The notes under the pieces were generated by a model, which saw only the letters and a list, made by a program, of their open reading frames with translations, did no database searches and was not told the origin of the DNA. The position numbers and the translations under genes are program-made. Below are positions 17,396 through 26,029 of a stretch of DNA of 64,000 bases, in pieces; position 1 is the stretch's first letter; each line of letters begins with the position of its first letter. Source of the stretch: Verrucomicrobiota bacterium (GTDB lineage Bacteria; Chlamydiota; Chlamydiia; Chlamydiales; Rhabdochlamydiaceae); NCBI GenBank assembly GCA_018240015.1, contig JAFEGJ010000005.1:236570-300569 (forward strand), in the 5' to 3' direction.

Positions 17396-18582
17396 AGACT
17401 TACGAGTAATAACTCCTCCCAATTCGTTGTATACCTCGGCGACCTTTTTGAGCAAGCGGTTTTCCACGGCTGTTTAACCCCTTCTGCCGCGAAGAAAACA
17501 GCCCTCTTGCCTTGCCGGCGGTTGAGAGCGTCGATGATCGGCATAATACTTTTTCCTTTTTTGGCAAAAAGATCGAGCTGGTCCATGCCTGCTACAGAAA
17601 TTCCTTGGAACATCACGCCGGCTTTGCGATAGGCGATTCCTGGCTGAAATAGTTCCTTTACCAGACGCTTAGTCACCCCAATGAGCGTCGGTGTATCTTG
17701 CGTAGCGACGGATAGTCGCATGTAGGCTTCTACGGTAGGGGAGTGGCGCGGCATTAAAAAAACCGACACAAACGATGTTTGGCTGCCTTCCGAGCGAAGC
17801 TTTTCTGCATTACGCGAGGTAAAATGGGAGACGGCTTCTTCCATTTCAGAGAGAGTTTTGATGTCGCGACTAAAGGAGCGCGAAGTGACCATGCCCTTAC
17901 GCGGCGCGGGCGCTTCTTCAAAGTCCAGACATGACGTTCCTTTCAGTTCCATCACAATGCGAAGGCCCTGAACGGATAGGTGTTTTTGGATCCATGACTC
18001 AGTTTGCTGGCACAGCTGCCCCACAAACCTGATGCCGCATCCTTGCAAAAACTCAGCGGTTTTCCGGCCGATGCCCCACACATCTTCTACGGGAAATTTC
18101 TCCAGATCTTGAGGCTTGAGCTCCCAGACACCGCTTAAGTCTTTTTTCGCCAGCTCTCCAGCTGCTTTGGCTTGGGTCTTTGTCGTGCCGATCCCAATCG
18201 AGACAGGAATGCCCGTCCATTTGCGGACTTTCTCGCGCATCGCAGGGGCGACATTACCCTTCACTTCTACAAACGCCTCATCGATCGAGTAAACCTCCAT
18301 CGGATAGCCAAAAGTCTCGAGAGTCTCCATCACCCGCTGCGATAAATCTCCGTAGAGCTCGAAATTCGATGAGAGGACCGCTACATCATGACGGACAAAT
18401 GTTTCTCTACATTGAAAGGCCGGCGCTCCCATGGGAATACCCAGCGCTTTAGCTTCTTTTGAGCGCGAGATGACGCATCCATCGTTGTTGGATAAGACAA
18501 CGACAGGACGTCCTTTAAGCCGGGGATTAAAGACCTGCTCACAGGAGACGAAAAAATTATTGCAGTCGATTAAGGCGTACAT
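17392..18582 (-). CDS. umuC: Y-family DNA polymerase, UmuC-like
   Basis: MYALIDCNNFFVSCE, VVVLSNNDGCVISRS and SIDEAF motifs. It lies downstream of a UmuD-like gene. Confidence 0.9.
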   Translation of the reverse strand: MYALIDCNNFFVSCEQVFNPRLKGRPVVVLSNNDGCVISRSKEAKALGIPMGAPAFQCRETFVRHDVAVLSSNFELYGDLSQRVMETLETFGYPMEVYSIDEAFVEVKGNVAPAMREKVRKWTGIPVSIGIGTTKTQAKAAGELAKKDLSGVWELKPQDLEKFPVEDVWGIGRKTAEFLQGCGIRFVGQLCQQTESWIQKHLSVQGLRIVMELKGTSCLDFEEAPAPRKGMVTSRSFSRDIKTLSEMEEAVSHFTSRNAEKLRSEGSQTSFVSVFLMPRHSPTVEAYMRLSVATQDTPTLIGVTKRLVKELFQPGIAYRKAGVMFQGISVAGMDQLDLFAKKGKSIMPIIDALNRRQGKRAVFFAAEGVKQPWKTACSKRSPRYTTNWEELLLVSL

Positions 18583-18953
18583 TTATGAATGACAAAAGTG
18601 ACAACACCCCAGATCTCACAGTCTTCCGTGACTTCTATTGGAGGAAATTTTTTGTTTTCTGGCATCAAGAAAAAAACTCCATTTTCCTTGCGAAGGCGCT
18701 TGACCGTAAACTCACCGCTGACAATCGCCACGACGATGGCTCCATCGCGGGCCGGCTCGGCTCTATCGACGATCAAAAGATCACCGCTCGTAATTCCTGC
18801 ATCTTTCATCGAAGATCCGGAGGCGCGCACAAAAAATGTCGAGGCTGGATGGCGAATGAGGAGCTCGTGTAGGTCGAGTTTGCGCTCGATGATATCTTCG
18901 GCGGGGGAGGGAAAACCTGCTTGGACAGGCGTCTCAAAAAGAGGAAGTTTCAT
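18570..18953 (-). CDS. umuD: UmuD-like S24 self-cleaving peptidase
   Basis: AGFPSPAEDIIERKLDLHELL (cleavage site plus following block), GSSM (Ser nucleophile) and FTVKRL (Lys). Confidence 0.9.
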   Translation of the reverse strand: MKLPLFETPVQAGFPSPAEDIIERKLDLHELLIRHPASTFFVRASGSSMKDAGITSGDLLIVDRAEPARDGAIVVAIVSGEFTVKRLRKENGVFFLMPENKKFPPIEVTEDCEIWGVVTFVIHKCTP

Positions 18954-19627
18954 GGGAGATCGAAGAGTAAAAATTCAGCATTTTTGCCCACTAGCTTCAG
19001 CGACGATTCTTTTTCGATAGCCGCACCATCGCCTGCGCTGAGGGACTTGTCACTCACTTGCAGAGACCCTTTTACGACTTGGATCCAGTAGCGGCGCTTC
19101 GGATTGACGGTGTGTACAAGCTCTCCACTGAGGAGCGACGCATAAATCGTGGCATCTTGATGAATCTTCAGTCCGACCTCGCCTACGATGGGACACAGAC
19201 GGTTTGTTTTTTCTTTCGCCGTAAAAACCCTCTGTTCATACGAAGGAGGAAGACCTTTTTTTTCAGGATAGATCCAAATTTGCAGTAAATGCACAGGCTC
19301 TGTTTTTGAGGCATTTTTCTCGCTATGCTCAATGCCCGATCCCGCCGTCATCCGCTGCACTTCACCCGCTTTAATCGTCATCCCGTGGCCCCCGCTGTCT
19401 TTATGCTCGAGAGCTCCTTCGATGATGTAAGTGACGATTTCCATATTGGAGTGGGGATGCGTATCAAACCCGAACCCTGGCATGACCGTATCTTCATTGA
19501 TGACCCGAAGGTCTCCAAAGTTGGTATATTTGGGATCGTAGTAGTCACCAAAGGAAAACGTATGAAAAGTATCGAGCCACCCGTGATTCAGGTGGCCCCG
19601 CTCAGCTGACTTTCTTACTGTTATCAT
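18950..19627 (-). CDS. pirin-family (bicupin) protein
   Basis: HPHSNMEIVTYIIEGALEHKDSGGH metal-site block. The stop overlaps the umuD start (ATGA). Confidence 0.9.
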   Translation of the reverse strand: MITVRKSAERGHLNHGWLDTFHTFSFGDYYDPKYTNFGDLRVINEDTVMPGFGFDTHPHSNMEIVTYIIEGALEHKDSGGHGMTIKAGEVQRMTAGSGIEHSEKNASKTEPVHLLQIWIYPEKKGLPPSYEQRVFTAKEKTNRLCPIVGEVGLKIHQDATIYASLLSGELVHTVNPKRRYWIQVVKGSLQVSDKSLSAGDGAAIEKESSLKLVGKNAEFLLFDLP

Positions 19628-19666
19628 GTCTTTAGATGCTACGCTCTACCTCTAAAAGAGAAAAGA

Positions 19667-20035
19667 TTAATCTTTTTTGTACCAAAAACCAAAGTAAAGA
19701 GAGACAGCACCAATGACCAGATGAAGCCATGTATCGGCCATATTGTTCGCGATGATTCCGAGGACGGGCTTCGTGCCGTAGAAAAATCCTAGAAAACCAA
19801 CTATTGCATAAATCACGCCGAAGATCTGGAAAAACATTCTGCAGGAACGTGTATCGACGCGGGAGACCGCATAGGCGACCAAGCCGGTTACGATATGAAC
19901 CAAATTATGCACTGCATTGACATGAAACAGACCTAAAAGATGCTGATGATAGGTAATTCCAGGAACAAACCCTAAAATTCCTATAACTACGAAAACGATT
20001 CCATAAATTTTTGCTACATTTCTCAACATAGACAT
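19667..20035 (-). CDS. small 4-TM membrane protein (DUF4383-like)
   Basis: 122 aa with four hydrophobic helices and repeated NxxHxxxG-type motifs (VHNLVHIVTGL, WLHLVIGAV). Confidence 0.65.
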   Translation of the reverse strand: MSMLRNVAKIYGIVFVVIGILGFVPGITYHQHLLGLFHVNAVHNLVHIVTGLVAYAVSRVDTRSCRMFFQIFGVIYAIVGFLGFFYGTKPVLGIIANNMADTWLHLVIGAVSLYFGFWYKKD

Positions 20036-20046
20036 CTCCTTGTTTG

Positions 20047-20204
20047 CTCGGTACTAGATAAAAATTTTCTCGCAGGGCCGGCTGCGGCTTTGCATAATCG
20101 ATCCTCCTCCTCAGAAATAGCGCTTTGGCTATTTCTTTCGTCGGTCGGATCCATTCTGCTTTGCCTCGCTCGCCCCGGCGAAAAAATTTTTATCCAGCAC
20201 CGAG
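20047..20204 (-). repeat. ~158-nt extended imperfect hairpin (candidate structured 5' leader or palindromic element)
   Basis: 22-nt arms 20047-20068 / 20183-20204 pair with 2 mismatches, which become G:U only on the minus-strand RNA. A central 9-bp hairpin AGAAATAGC/GCTATTTCT is present. Confidence 0.5.
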
Positions 20205-20291
20205 CTAATTCCATCAAATAATCATTTTACAATTGAATTTCAAGGAAAAGAATTGAGCAAAACGACTTTTTCCGGTATCTTTTTGCCTTTT

Positions 20292-20364
20292 GGGGATTTA
20301 GCTCAGTTGGTAGAGCATCTGATTTGCATTCAGAGGGTCAGGAGTTCGAGTCTCCTAATCTCCA
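20292..20364 (+). tRNA. tRNA-Ala (anticodon UGC)
   Basis: Full cloverleaf folded by hand. Anticodon loop UUUGCAU, G3:U70 alanine identity pair, T-loop UUCGAGU. CCA is not encoded. Confidence 0.95.
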
Positions 20365-20372
20365 AAAGAGCT

Positions 20373-20540
20373 GGTTACAAAACCCTGGCGCAGCTAAAAA
20401 CGCCCTTTTGAGCCAGTTTGACATCCCACCCCCGAGCCCTACTCTACTTAGAGTATGTGCTCGGAGGTGGGAGAGCCGCATAGCGGCTGGCAAACTGGCT
20501 CAAAATCATCGTTTTTTTCTTGCGCCAAAGTTTTGTAACC
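20373..20540 (+). repeat. ~168-nt extended hairpin filling the tRNA-Ala/tRNA-Ile spacer
   Basis: Nested inverted repeats: GGTTACAAAAC/GTTTTGTAACC, TGGCGCA/TGCGCCA, TTTTGAGCCAGTTTG/CAAACTGGCTCAAAA (15 bp perfect), CCCACC..CCGAGC/GCTCGG..GGTGGG, and apex ACTCTA-CT-TAGAGT. Confidence 0.6.
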
Positions 20541-20552
20541 AACTCTGTTTTT

Positions 20553-20626
20553 GCGGTTATAGCTCAGTTGGTTAGAGCGCGACACTGATAATGTCGAGGT
20601 CCCTAGTTCAAATCTAGGTAACCGCA
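20553..20626 (+). tRNA. tRNA-Ile (anticodon GAU)
   Basis: Cloverleaf folded by hand. Anticodon loop CUGAUAA, T-loop UUCAAAU. Confidence 0.95.
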
Positions 20627-20662
20627 ATTGTCAAATAATTACTTCCCATCTATAGAAGAACC

Positions 20663-21967
20663 ATGGGAAGGTTTTTCCTCTGTTTTCTCATTGGCACGAC
20701 ATCTCTATTTTCTCTCACCGTCGAAGAGGTGGAGAAAATGGCGCTCGAGAATAACCCTGACATCCAGTCGGCCATCGCCCTTGTCGAAAAGGCCCATCAA
20801 AGCCGACTATCCGTCATCGGCAAATGGCTTCCGCAACTGTCTCTTCTGTCCCAAGCATTCCGAACGCAAAAACCCCTCGAGTTTTTTCAATTCAAAAAAC
20901 CTTCGGCCTTTTTCACGCAGCTCTCGCTAACACAAACGGTCATCTCGTCACCACTTTTGCACGACATCAAAGTATCGTCCTTCATTATAGATCAATTTAA
21001 ACAGCTCGTGGAAGCCGCGAAAAACGACATTTTGTACAAAGTTCGTTTGCAATATTATCTCGTCGCTCTCGACAGACAAAAAGTTGCCACAGCTGAAGAA
21101 CACATCAAGCTTCTGGAATACCTAGCCGAAGAGATGGCCTCGCGCCATCAAATCGGTGAAGCAACACCCTACAACGTCAACCAAGCCAGAGTCGCCGTCG
21201 CTAACGTCCAAGAGAGGTTTTACCGAGTATTTGAGCAGCTCAAAGCCGACCGTGACGAGCTCGCGCGTCTCATGGGCATCGATCCTTCCCAAAACCCCTA
21301 CGATTTTGCGCAGACTGACATCGATCTCACGAAGATTCCCAACCTCAACTTCGAGATCGAGCAGCTTCCGATGGAAGAGTTTACGAAGTGGCAAGAGATC
21401 GCCGATCGGTGCCGTCCTGACATACTCCTCAGCAAAACACTTTTGAATGTCGCGGAGGAAAAAGTCCGCACCCATGAAGGGGAGTATTGGCCCAAGCTCT
21501 CGATTTTGGGCGGTTATGGCGGCGGCTCCACGCCGTATTTGGAAGTTCCCTCGGAGCGATTTAACAACCAAGTCTTCCAGTGGGCTGTGGGCCTCTCGCT
21601 CAACTGGAACCTCTTCGACGGTCTCTCGCGCGAAAGGAATATCCGCGCTGCCAAGGCCGAAGTCTCATCAGTTCGCCAAGATGCGAAAAAAACACTCCAA
21701 GCCGCCCATACCGACGTGCGCCACCAACTCTACAAAATCGAAAAGTCCCTCGCCAAATACCGCACCGCTTCCGCCAACCTCGAGCTCGCTGTCGAGACGA
21801 TGGGGCAAGCTAGATCCCAGCTCGAGATCGGCTACAGCACCCTCTCGGACTATCTCATTTCTGTCGACGGCTGGGTGCAAGCCAAGACCAACTACGACGA
21901 GGGGAAATTTGAACTGCTGGCCTCCTATTTTGGCCTGCTACACGCATCAGGAGAAATGACACCATGA
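20663..21967 (+). CDS. TolC-family outer-membrane efflux channel
   Basis: Signal peptide, two-fold repeat architecture, and the typical N-terminal LTVEEVEKMALENNPDIQ block. First gene of a three-gene overlapping operon. Confidence 0.85.
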   Translation: MGRFFLCFLIGTTSLFSLTVEEVEKMALENNPDIQSAIALVEKAHQSRLSVIGKWLPQLSLLSQAFRTQKPLEFFQFKKPSAFFTQLSLTQTVISSPLLHDIKVSSFIIDQFKQLVEAAKNDILYKVRLQYYLVALDRQKVATAEEHIKLLEYLAEEMASRHQIGEATPYNVNQARVAVANVQERFYRVFEQLKADRDELARLMGIDPSQNPYDFAQTDIDLTKIPNLNFEIEQLPMEEFTKWQEIADRCRPDILLSKTLLNVAEEKVRTHEGEYWPKLSILGGYGGGSTPYLEVPSERFNNQVFQWAVGLSLNWNLFDGLSRERNIRAAKAEVSSVRQDAKKTLQAAHTDVRHQLYKIEKSLAKYRTASANLELAVETMGQARSQLEIGYSTLSDYLISVDGWVQAKTNYDEGKFELLASYFGLLHASGEMTP

Positions 21968-22854
21968 AAAAAAACACCTTTTTTATCACCATGCTCAGCC
22001 TTCTTTTTGTGCTGCTGGGCACCGGAGCTTGGATGCTTTGGTTTTGGCCCTACGTACGCACCAACGATGCTCTCATCGATGGCTTTAAAGCCGCGATCTG
22101 TCCCGACATCTCTGCGCGCATCGTCAAGCTCTACGTCGATGAAGGCAGTATCGTCCGTGCCGGTGATCTTCTCTGCGAACTTGATGACACGATTCTGCAG
22201 TCGCAGCGCGCCGAAGCTGAAGCCCGGGTTCTCACCCTCCAAACAAAAATTGTCCTCCAGCGCTTCCACTTCGAAAAAATCCGCAATGACTTTGAACGGG
22301 CCAAGCACGGGTTTGAAGATGGCGTCACAACAGCCCAGATGCTCGACCACGCGCAGAAAAACCACGGCATGGCCAAAGCACGTCTCGAAGCTGCCGAGGC
22401 CTCACTTGAGCAGGCTAAAAAAGAGCTCGGCGTCGTCGTCGAGACGATTGCCCACACCAAAATCTACGCACCGTTCGATGGCGCCATCGTGCGCCGCTGG
22501 CTCTATGCCGGCGACGTTCCCGCCGTAGGCCAAGCGATTTTTTCCCTCTACGATCTTAAAAACATCTGGGTCGTCGCTAATTTAGAAGAGACCAAAATGA
22601 AAAATGTCCGCCTCGGTAGCCCCGTCGATATCCACATCGACGCCTATCCAGGCATTACGTTCCATGGCAAAATTTTCGTGATCAAAGGCGCTGCCGCTTC
22701 CGAGTTTTCGCTCATTCCCCAAGATAATGCGACCGGTAACTATACCAAAGTCGCTCAGCGTGTCCCCCTTAAAATCTCCATCCAACCCGAAAAAGATGCT
22801 CCCTATCTTTTTCCGGGCCTTTCTGCTGAAGTCAGAATCCAGGTGCGCCAGTGA
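21964..22854 (+). CDS. HlyD/EmrA-family periplasmic adaptor
   Basis: N-terminal TM, coiled-coil centre, and IYAPFDGAIVRR / ANLEETK lipoyl/beta-barrel blocks. ATGA overlap with the upstream gene. Confidence 0.85.
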   Translation: MKKNTFFITMLSLLFVLLGTGAWMLWFWPYVRTNDALIDGFKAAICPDISARIVKLYVDEGSIVRAGDLLCELDDTILQSQRAEAEARVLTLQTKIVLQRFHFEKIRNDFERAKHGFEDGVTTAQMLDHAQKNHGMAKARLEAAEASLEQAKKELGVVVETIAHTKIYAPFDGAIVRRWLYAGDVPAVGQAIFSLYDLKNIWVVANLEETKMKNVRLGSPVDIHIDAYPGITFHGKIFVIKGAAASEFSLIPQDNATGNYTKVAQRVPLKISIQPEKDAPYLFPGLSAEVRIQVRQ

Positions 22855-24449
22855 CCTCGAGTTGGAACACGCCCCGCGGCATCGACCCGAAAGGCCGCCT
22901 CTTTCCCTGGCTCATCCTGGCCAACACCACCATCGCCACGTTCATCGGCGGGGGCTCGGCTGTCGCTGGCTTTGTCGCCGACTCTAACATCCGTGGCGCG
23001 TTGCAGATGAGCAGCGACGACCTGCAATGGATCTCTATCTCGTTCATCATGATGCTCGGCATCATCTTGCCCCTCGCTGTGTACTTGGCCGAGCGCTTTG
23101 GTTATAAGCGTATTTTCTTTGCTGGTATCGCCTTCCTCACATTTGGATCCCTGCTCAATGGCCTGGCCTTTAACTTCCACACGTTCTTACTCTCGCGCAT
23201 GCTCGCCGGCGCGGGCGCCGGTGCGCTCTTTCCTTTGAGCATCGCCATCATCAATCAAACCATGCCCGCCAGTCGCATGCCGCTTGCCATGGCTCTGAAC
23301 GTCGCGTTTGGATTTGGTTTTGGCAATGCCCTCGGTTACTATCTCAGCGGCTATCTTTGTCAGTGGCTCTCATGGCCCTATGCGTTCATCGTATTTTTTA
23401 TCCTCGGACTTCCCGTGCTTCTTGCCACCTGGATCATCCATCCCGAGACTCCTCCGCAAAAAGACCGCGTCTTTGACCGTTTTGGATATGTGCTCTTCAC
23501 GGTTTTTTTAACCGCTCTGTTACTGACCCTCAACAACGCCAAAGCCGCATGGAACACCGGAGGGTGGACCTCGCCCTGGATCCTTAGCACGATCTTTCTT
23601 TGTGTCTTAAGCCTTGCGATTTTGATTCCTTGGGAGTGGAAACATTCTCAGCCGATCATTCCCCTTCAGCTCTTTAAAACCCGGTCGTTCACCTTCGGAA
23701 TGCTCGCCGTGATCCTCATCGGTGCCTCTCTCTACGCCAGCCAAATCTACGCGGTTAATTTTTACGATGGCGCCCTCCACTGGCAAAAGCAAACCATCGG
23801 TGCCCAGATGGCCGTTCAGACACTCTATTTAGGGTTTATGAGCACCGCTGTGGCATTTCTCTCCAAGCGTGTGAGTATCTTGCTCCTGACGTTCTCAGGT
23901 CTTGCCATCCTAGCGATTTCGTGTTTCTTGCAAATGAACGTCACCCTCTACAGTGACCCCAACAAATACCAAATGCTCCTCAACGCGCGCATGATCGCCA
24001 CCGCCCTCGCGCTCGGCCCTGCCACAGCACTGGCTCTTCGAGAGATCCCCCAGGCACTCGGGGGCGCAGCTTCGATGCTCGTCACCTTTGCGCGCCAAGT
24101 CGGCGGCACCATCGGTGTGGTCGCGTTTTACGATGTGATCTATGACCGGGCGATCTTCCATGGACAGATGTTTGGAGCGCAGGTAGACATGACAAACCCC
24201 CGCCTGCAGCAAACACTGCGAAGTGTCCAGCTCCATCTTGAGCGAAACTGTGGACTACTGCCGCCAGAGGCTACAGTCCAAGCCACTGACATTTTTCGGG
24301 CGAATGTTGTCACTCAATCGCAGGTGACAGCAACGGCGGATGCTTTTTATGCCCTTGGGTGGATTATTGCTGTTGTTTCGAGTCTGTTGCTCTTAGAGGT
24401 GTTGTGGGGGTGGATGAAGAGAAATTCGGCTGTTGTATCGGCCGAATAG
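22851..24449 (+). CDS. MFS transporter, DHA2/EmrB-like (14 TM)
   Basis: About 14 hydrophobic segments. LSRMLAGAGAGALFP motif-C-like block. GTG start overlaps the adaptor stop. Confidence 0.85.
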   Translation: MTSSWNTPRGIDPKGRLFPWLILANTTIATFIGGGSAVAGFVADSNIRGALQMSSDDLQWISISFIMMLGIILPLAVYLAERFGYKRIFFAGIAFLTFGSLLNGLAFNFHTFLLSRMLAGAGAGALFPLSIAIINQTMPASRMPLAMALNVAFGFGFGNALGYYLSGYLCQWLSWPYAFIVFFILGLPVLLATWIIHPETPPQKDRVFDRFGYVLFTVFLTALLLTLNNAKAAWNTGGWTSPWILSTIFLCVLSLAILIPWEWKHSQPIIPLQLFKTRSFTFGMLAVILIGASLYASQIYAVNFYDGALHWQKQTIGAQMAVQTLYLGFMSTAVAFLSKRVSILLLTFSGLAILAISCFLQMNVTLYSDPNKYQMLLNARMIATALALGPATALALREIPQALGGAASMLVTFARQVGGTIGVVAFYDVIYDRAIFHGQMFGAQVDMTNPRLQQTLRSVQLHLERNCGLLPPEATVQATDIFRANVVTQSQVTATADAFYALGWIIAVVSSLLLLEVLWGWMKRNSAVVSAE

Positions 24450-25383
24450 GAGTGGATTGACGTGAATTTGTTTTGAACTTTTCAGCCGAAGCCTGCACTC
24501 CTTTACGGAAGTCATCATTTGATTGATCTGTATTTTGAAGATTTTTTTGCAGTTCTTGAACGAACTCCTTAAAAGCAACAAGTGAGGAAGGCATCGCTTC
24601 TAAATAACCCAATAAATTTCCACCAATATCGTCCTCGGAAGGGGCAGCATCATTCGATAATAGGGAGAACACCTCATAAGCAGAGCGGATCAGTTTGACG
24701 ACAAGAGTTGTATCCTTAGATAAGAGAAAAGAAACTTTATCAGCTGAATACGTCTTTAACTCTTGGACAAATTGAAGCGCAAAATTTCTTGGAATGTCTT
24801 CGTCAGGCATGTATTGTTTAAGATCGCTTTTTAGATTTTCGAGAAACTTTTTAAATTCCTCGAGGTTTTCTGGAAGATCCTTTAAATACGCATCAAGGTT
24901 CTGTTGTATATCTTCATCGGTTATTATTTGACTACTTACGAGCTGCATAAGGGCGTAAGATTTTTGCACGAGAGGAAATATTAGTTTTTTCGTTTCGGCT
25001 AACTCTATTTCTATTTTTTTCAGCCGTTCAATCTCTCTTTTGTCTGCGTCTGAGGCACTTTGTAATTGTTTGAATTCGACTTCAACCTGCTTTAGACGTT
25101 TTATTTCATCCTCATCGTATAATGCTTTCTGAGCTACAAGTTCAACTTTTCCACCTTTGTCATCGGTATTTCGAATACGACGATTATGCAGATAAATCGC
25201 AGAAAATGAGGTCAGAACTAAAATGAAAGGGCTAAGCTCTTTAGATAGGGAAGGGATTTTCGAGTTGGTAAGGATTTTATCTGCGCTGAAAGAAAAAATG
25301 CCTTGCAGCCCCGATAGACCAAAGCCAATGTAGGGCAAGAAATTGAAAAAACTAGATTTATTATTAGACGCGGGGTTAGACAT
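24364..25383 (-). CDS. Inc-like membrane protein: paired N-terminal hydrophobic segments plus coiled coil with an internal duplication
   Basis: FFNFLPYIGFGLSGLQGIFSF ... LSPFILVLTSFSAIYL, then an E/K/L/Q-rich region. The modules ITDEDIQQNLDAYLKDLPENLEEFKKFLENLK and PSEDDIGGNLLGYLEAMPSSLVAFKEFVQELQ are duplicated. Confidence 0.7.
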   Translation of the reverse strand: MSNPASNNKSSFFNFLPYIGFGLSGLQGIFSFSADKILTNSKIPSLSKELSPFILVLTSFSAIYLHNRRIRNTDDKGGKVELVAQKALYDEDEIKRLKQVEVEFKQLQSASDADKREIERLKKIEIELAETKKLIFPLVQKSYALMQLVSSQIITDEDIQQNLDAYLKDLPENLEEFKKFLENLKSDLKQYMPDEDIPRNFALQFVQELKTYSADKVSFLLSKDTTLVVKLIRSAYEVFSLLSNDAAPSEDDIGGNLLGYLEAMPSSLVAFKEFVQELQKNLQNTDQSNDDFRKGVQASAEKFKTNSRQSTPIRPIQQPNFSSSTPTTPLRATDSKQQQ

Positions 25384-25426
25384 TTACAGACTCCATTTTT
25401 TCTTTTAAATAAATTAATTCGACTAT

Positions 25427-26029
25427 TTAATTGTTATTATGCTTCTTTTCTGGTACTTTAATTTTGAATTCTAAAACAGGTTTTTTCGAATCACTTGGCG
25501 TTTGAGGGATAGAAGAAGGAATTTTTTTCAGCTGTTCTTCGAGAGCGGTGATCTTTTGCTTTTGTAGGGCATTTTCTTGGCGTAGCTCGGCTAAAGTATG
25601 AGAGGAGTTTAGCGCGGCATTCGATTCATTTGCTTTTAAACGCTGCTCAAGAGAAGAGATGAGACTTTGCTGCCTTTGATTCTCCTCTTTTAACTTTTGA
25701 AATTCCTCTGCTGATGGATGGTCTTGAGGGGGGGCAGAAGAAGGGGAGCTATGTTGAATTTTGTATCCTAAATCGCTAATTTTATCTTCTTGCTCGCCGT
25801 TTTTTTTGGTTAATTCATTGATAGTTTGGATATCTTGTCTTCTTAGAAAGATCGCCATAAACGTAATCCCTACAAGACTTGCCGTAGCTAATAGAGGAGG
25901 GATTTTAGAATCGATAAATTTGCTTAAACCTAAGGAAAGAACTCCAAAGCATCCAGCTCCGCCAAATCCATAATCCGATAAATCTGAGTTTAGAGGTTGG
26001 TTATTATTATATTTTTTTATAGATGTCAT
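25427..26029 (-). CDS. Inc-like membrane protein (bilobed hydrophobic domain plus coiled coil)
   Basis: YGFGGAGCFGVLSLGLSKFIDSKIPPLLATASLVGITFMAIFL, then a heptad-rich tail. It shares the G-rich lobe/SKIP/second lobe layout with 24364-25383. The start overlaps the upstream stop (ATGA). Confidence 0.7.
   Translation of the reverse strand: MTSIKKYNNNQPLNSDLSDYGFGGAGCFGVLSLGLSKFIDSKIPPLLATASLVGITFMAIFLRRQDIQTINELTKKNGEQEDKISDLGYKIQHSSPSSAPPQDHPSAEEFQKLKEENQRQQSLISSLEQRLKANESNAALNSSHTLAELRQENALQKQKITALEEQLKKIPSSIPQTPSDSKKPVLEFKIKVPEKKHNNN

Noticed and set aside
20324-20575. An 83-aa ORF spanning the 3' half of tRNA-Ala, the spacer and the 5' part of tRNA-Ile.
   Set aside because: It overlaps two confidently folded tRNAs and a long hairpin, and it starts with TTG inside the tRNA anticodon arm.
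20292-20626. The Ala/Ile tRNA pair as evidence of an rRNA operon in this window.
   Set aside because: No 16S, 23S or 5S-like sequence flanks them. A membrane-protein gene lies immediately upstream and a TolC-like gene immediately downstream.
24364-24449. The 86-bp convergent overlap of the MFS transporter and the 339-aa Inc-like gene, and the 54-bp overlap at 13311-13364, as signs of a frameshift or pseudogene.
   Set aside because: All four ORFs are uninterrupted and full length relative to their motifs. The overlapped tails are low-complexity extensions. I cannot exclude that the true C-termini are shorter, but nothing indicates gene decay.
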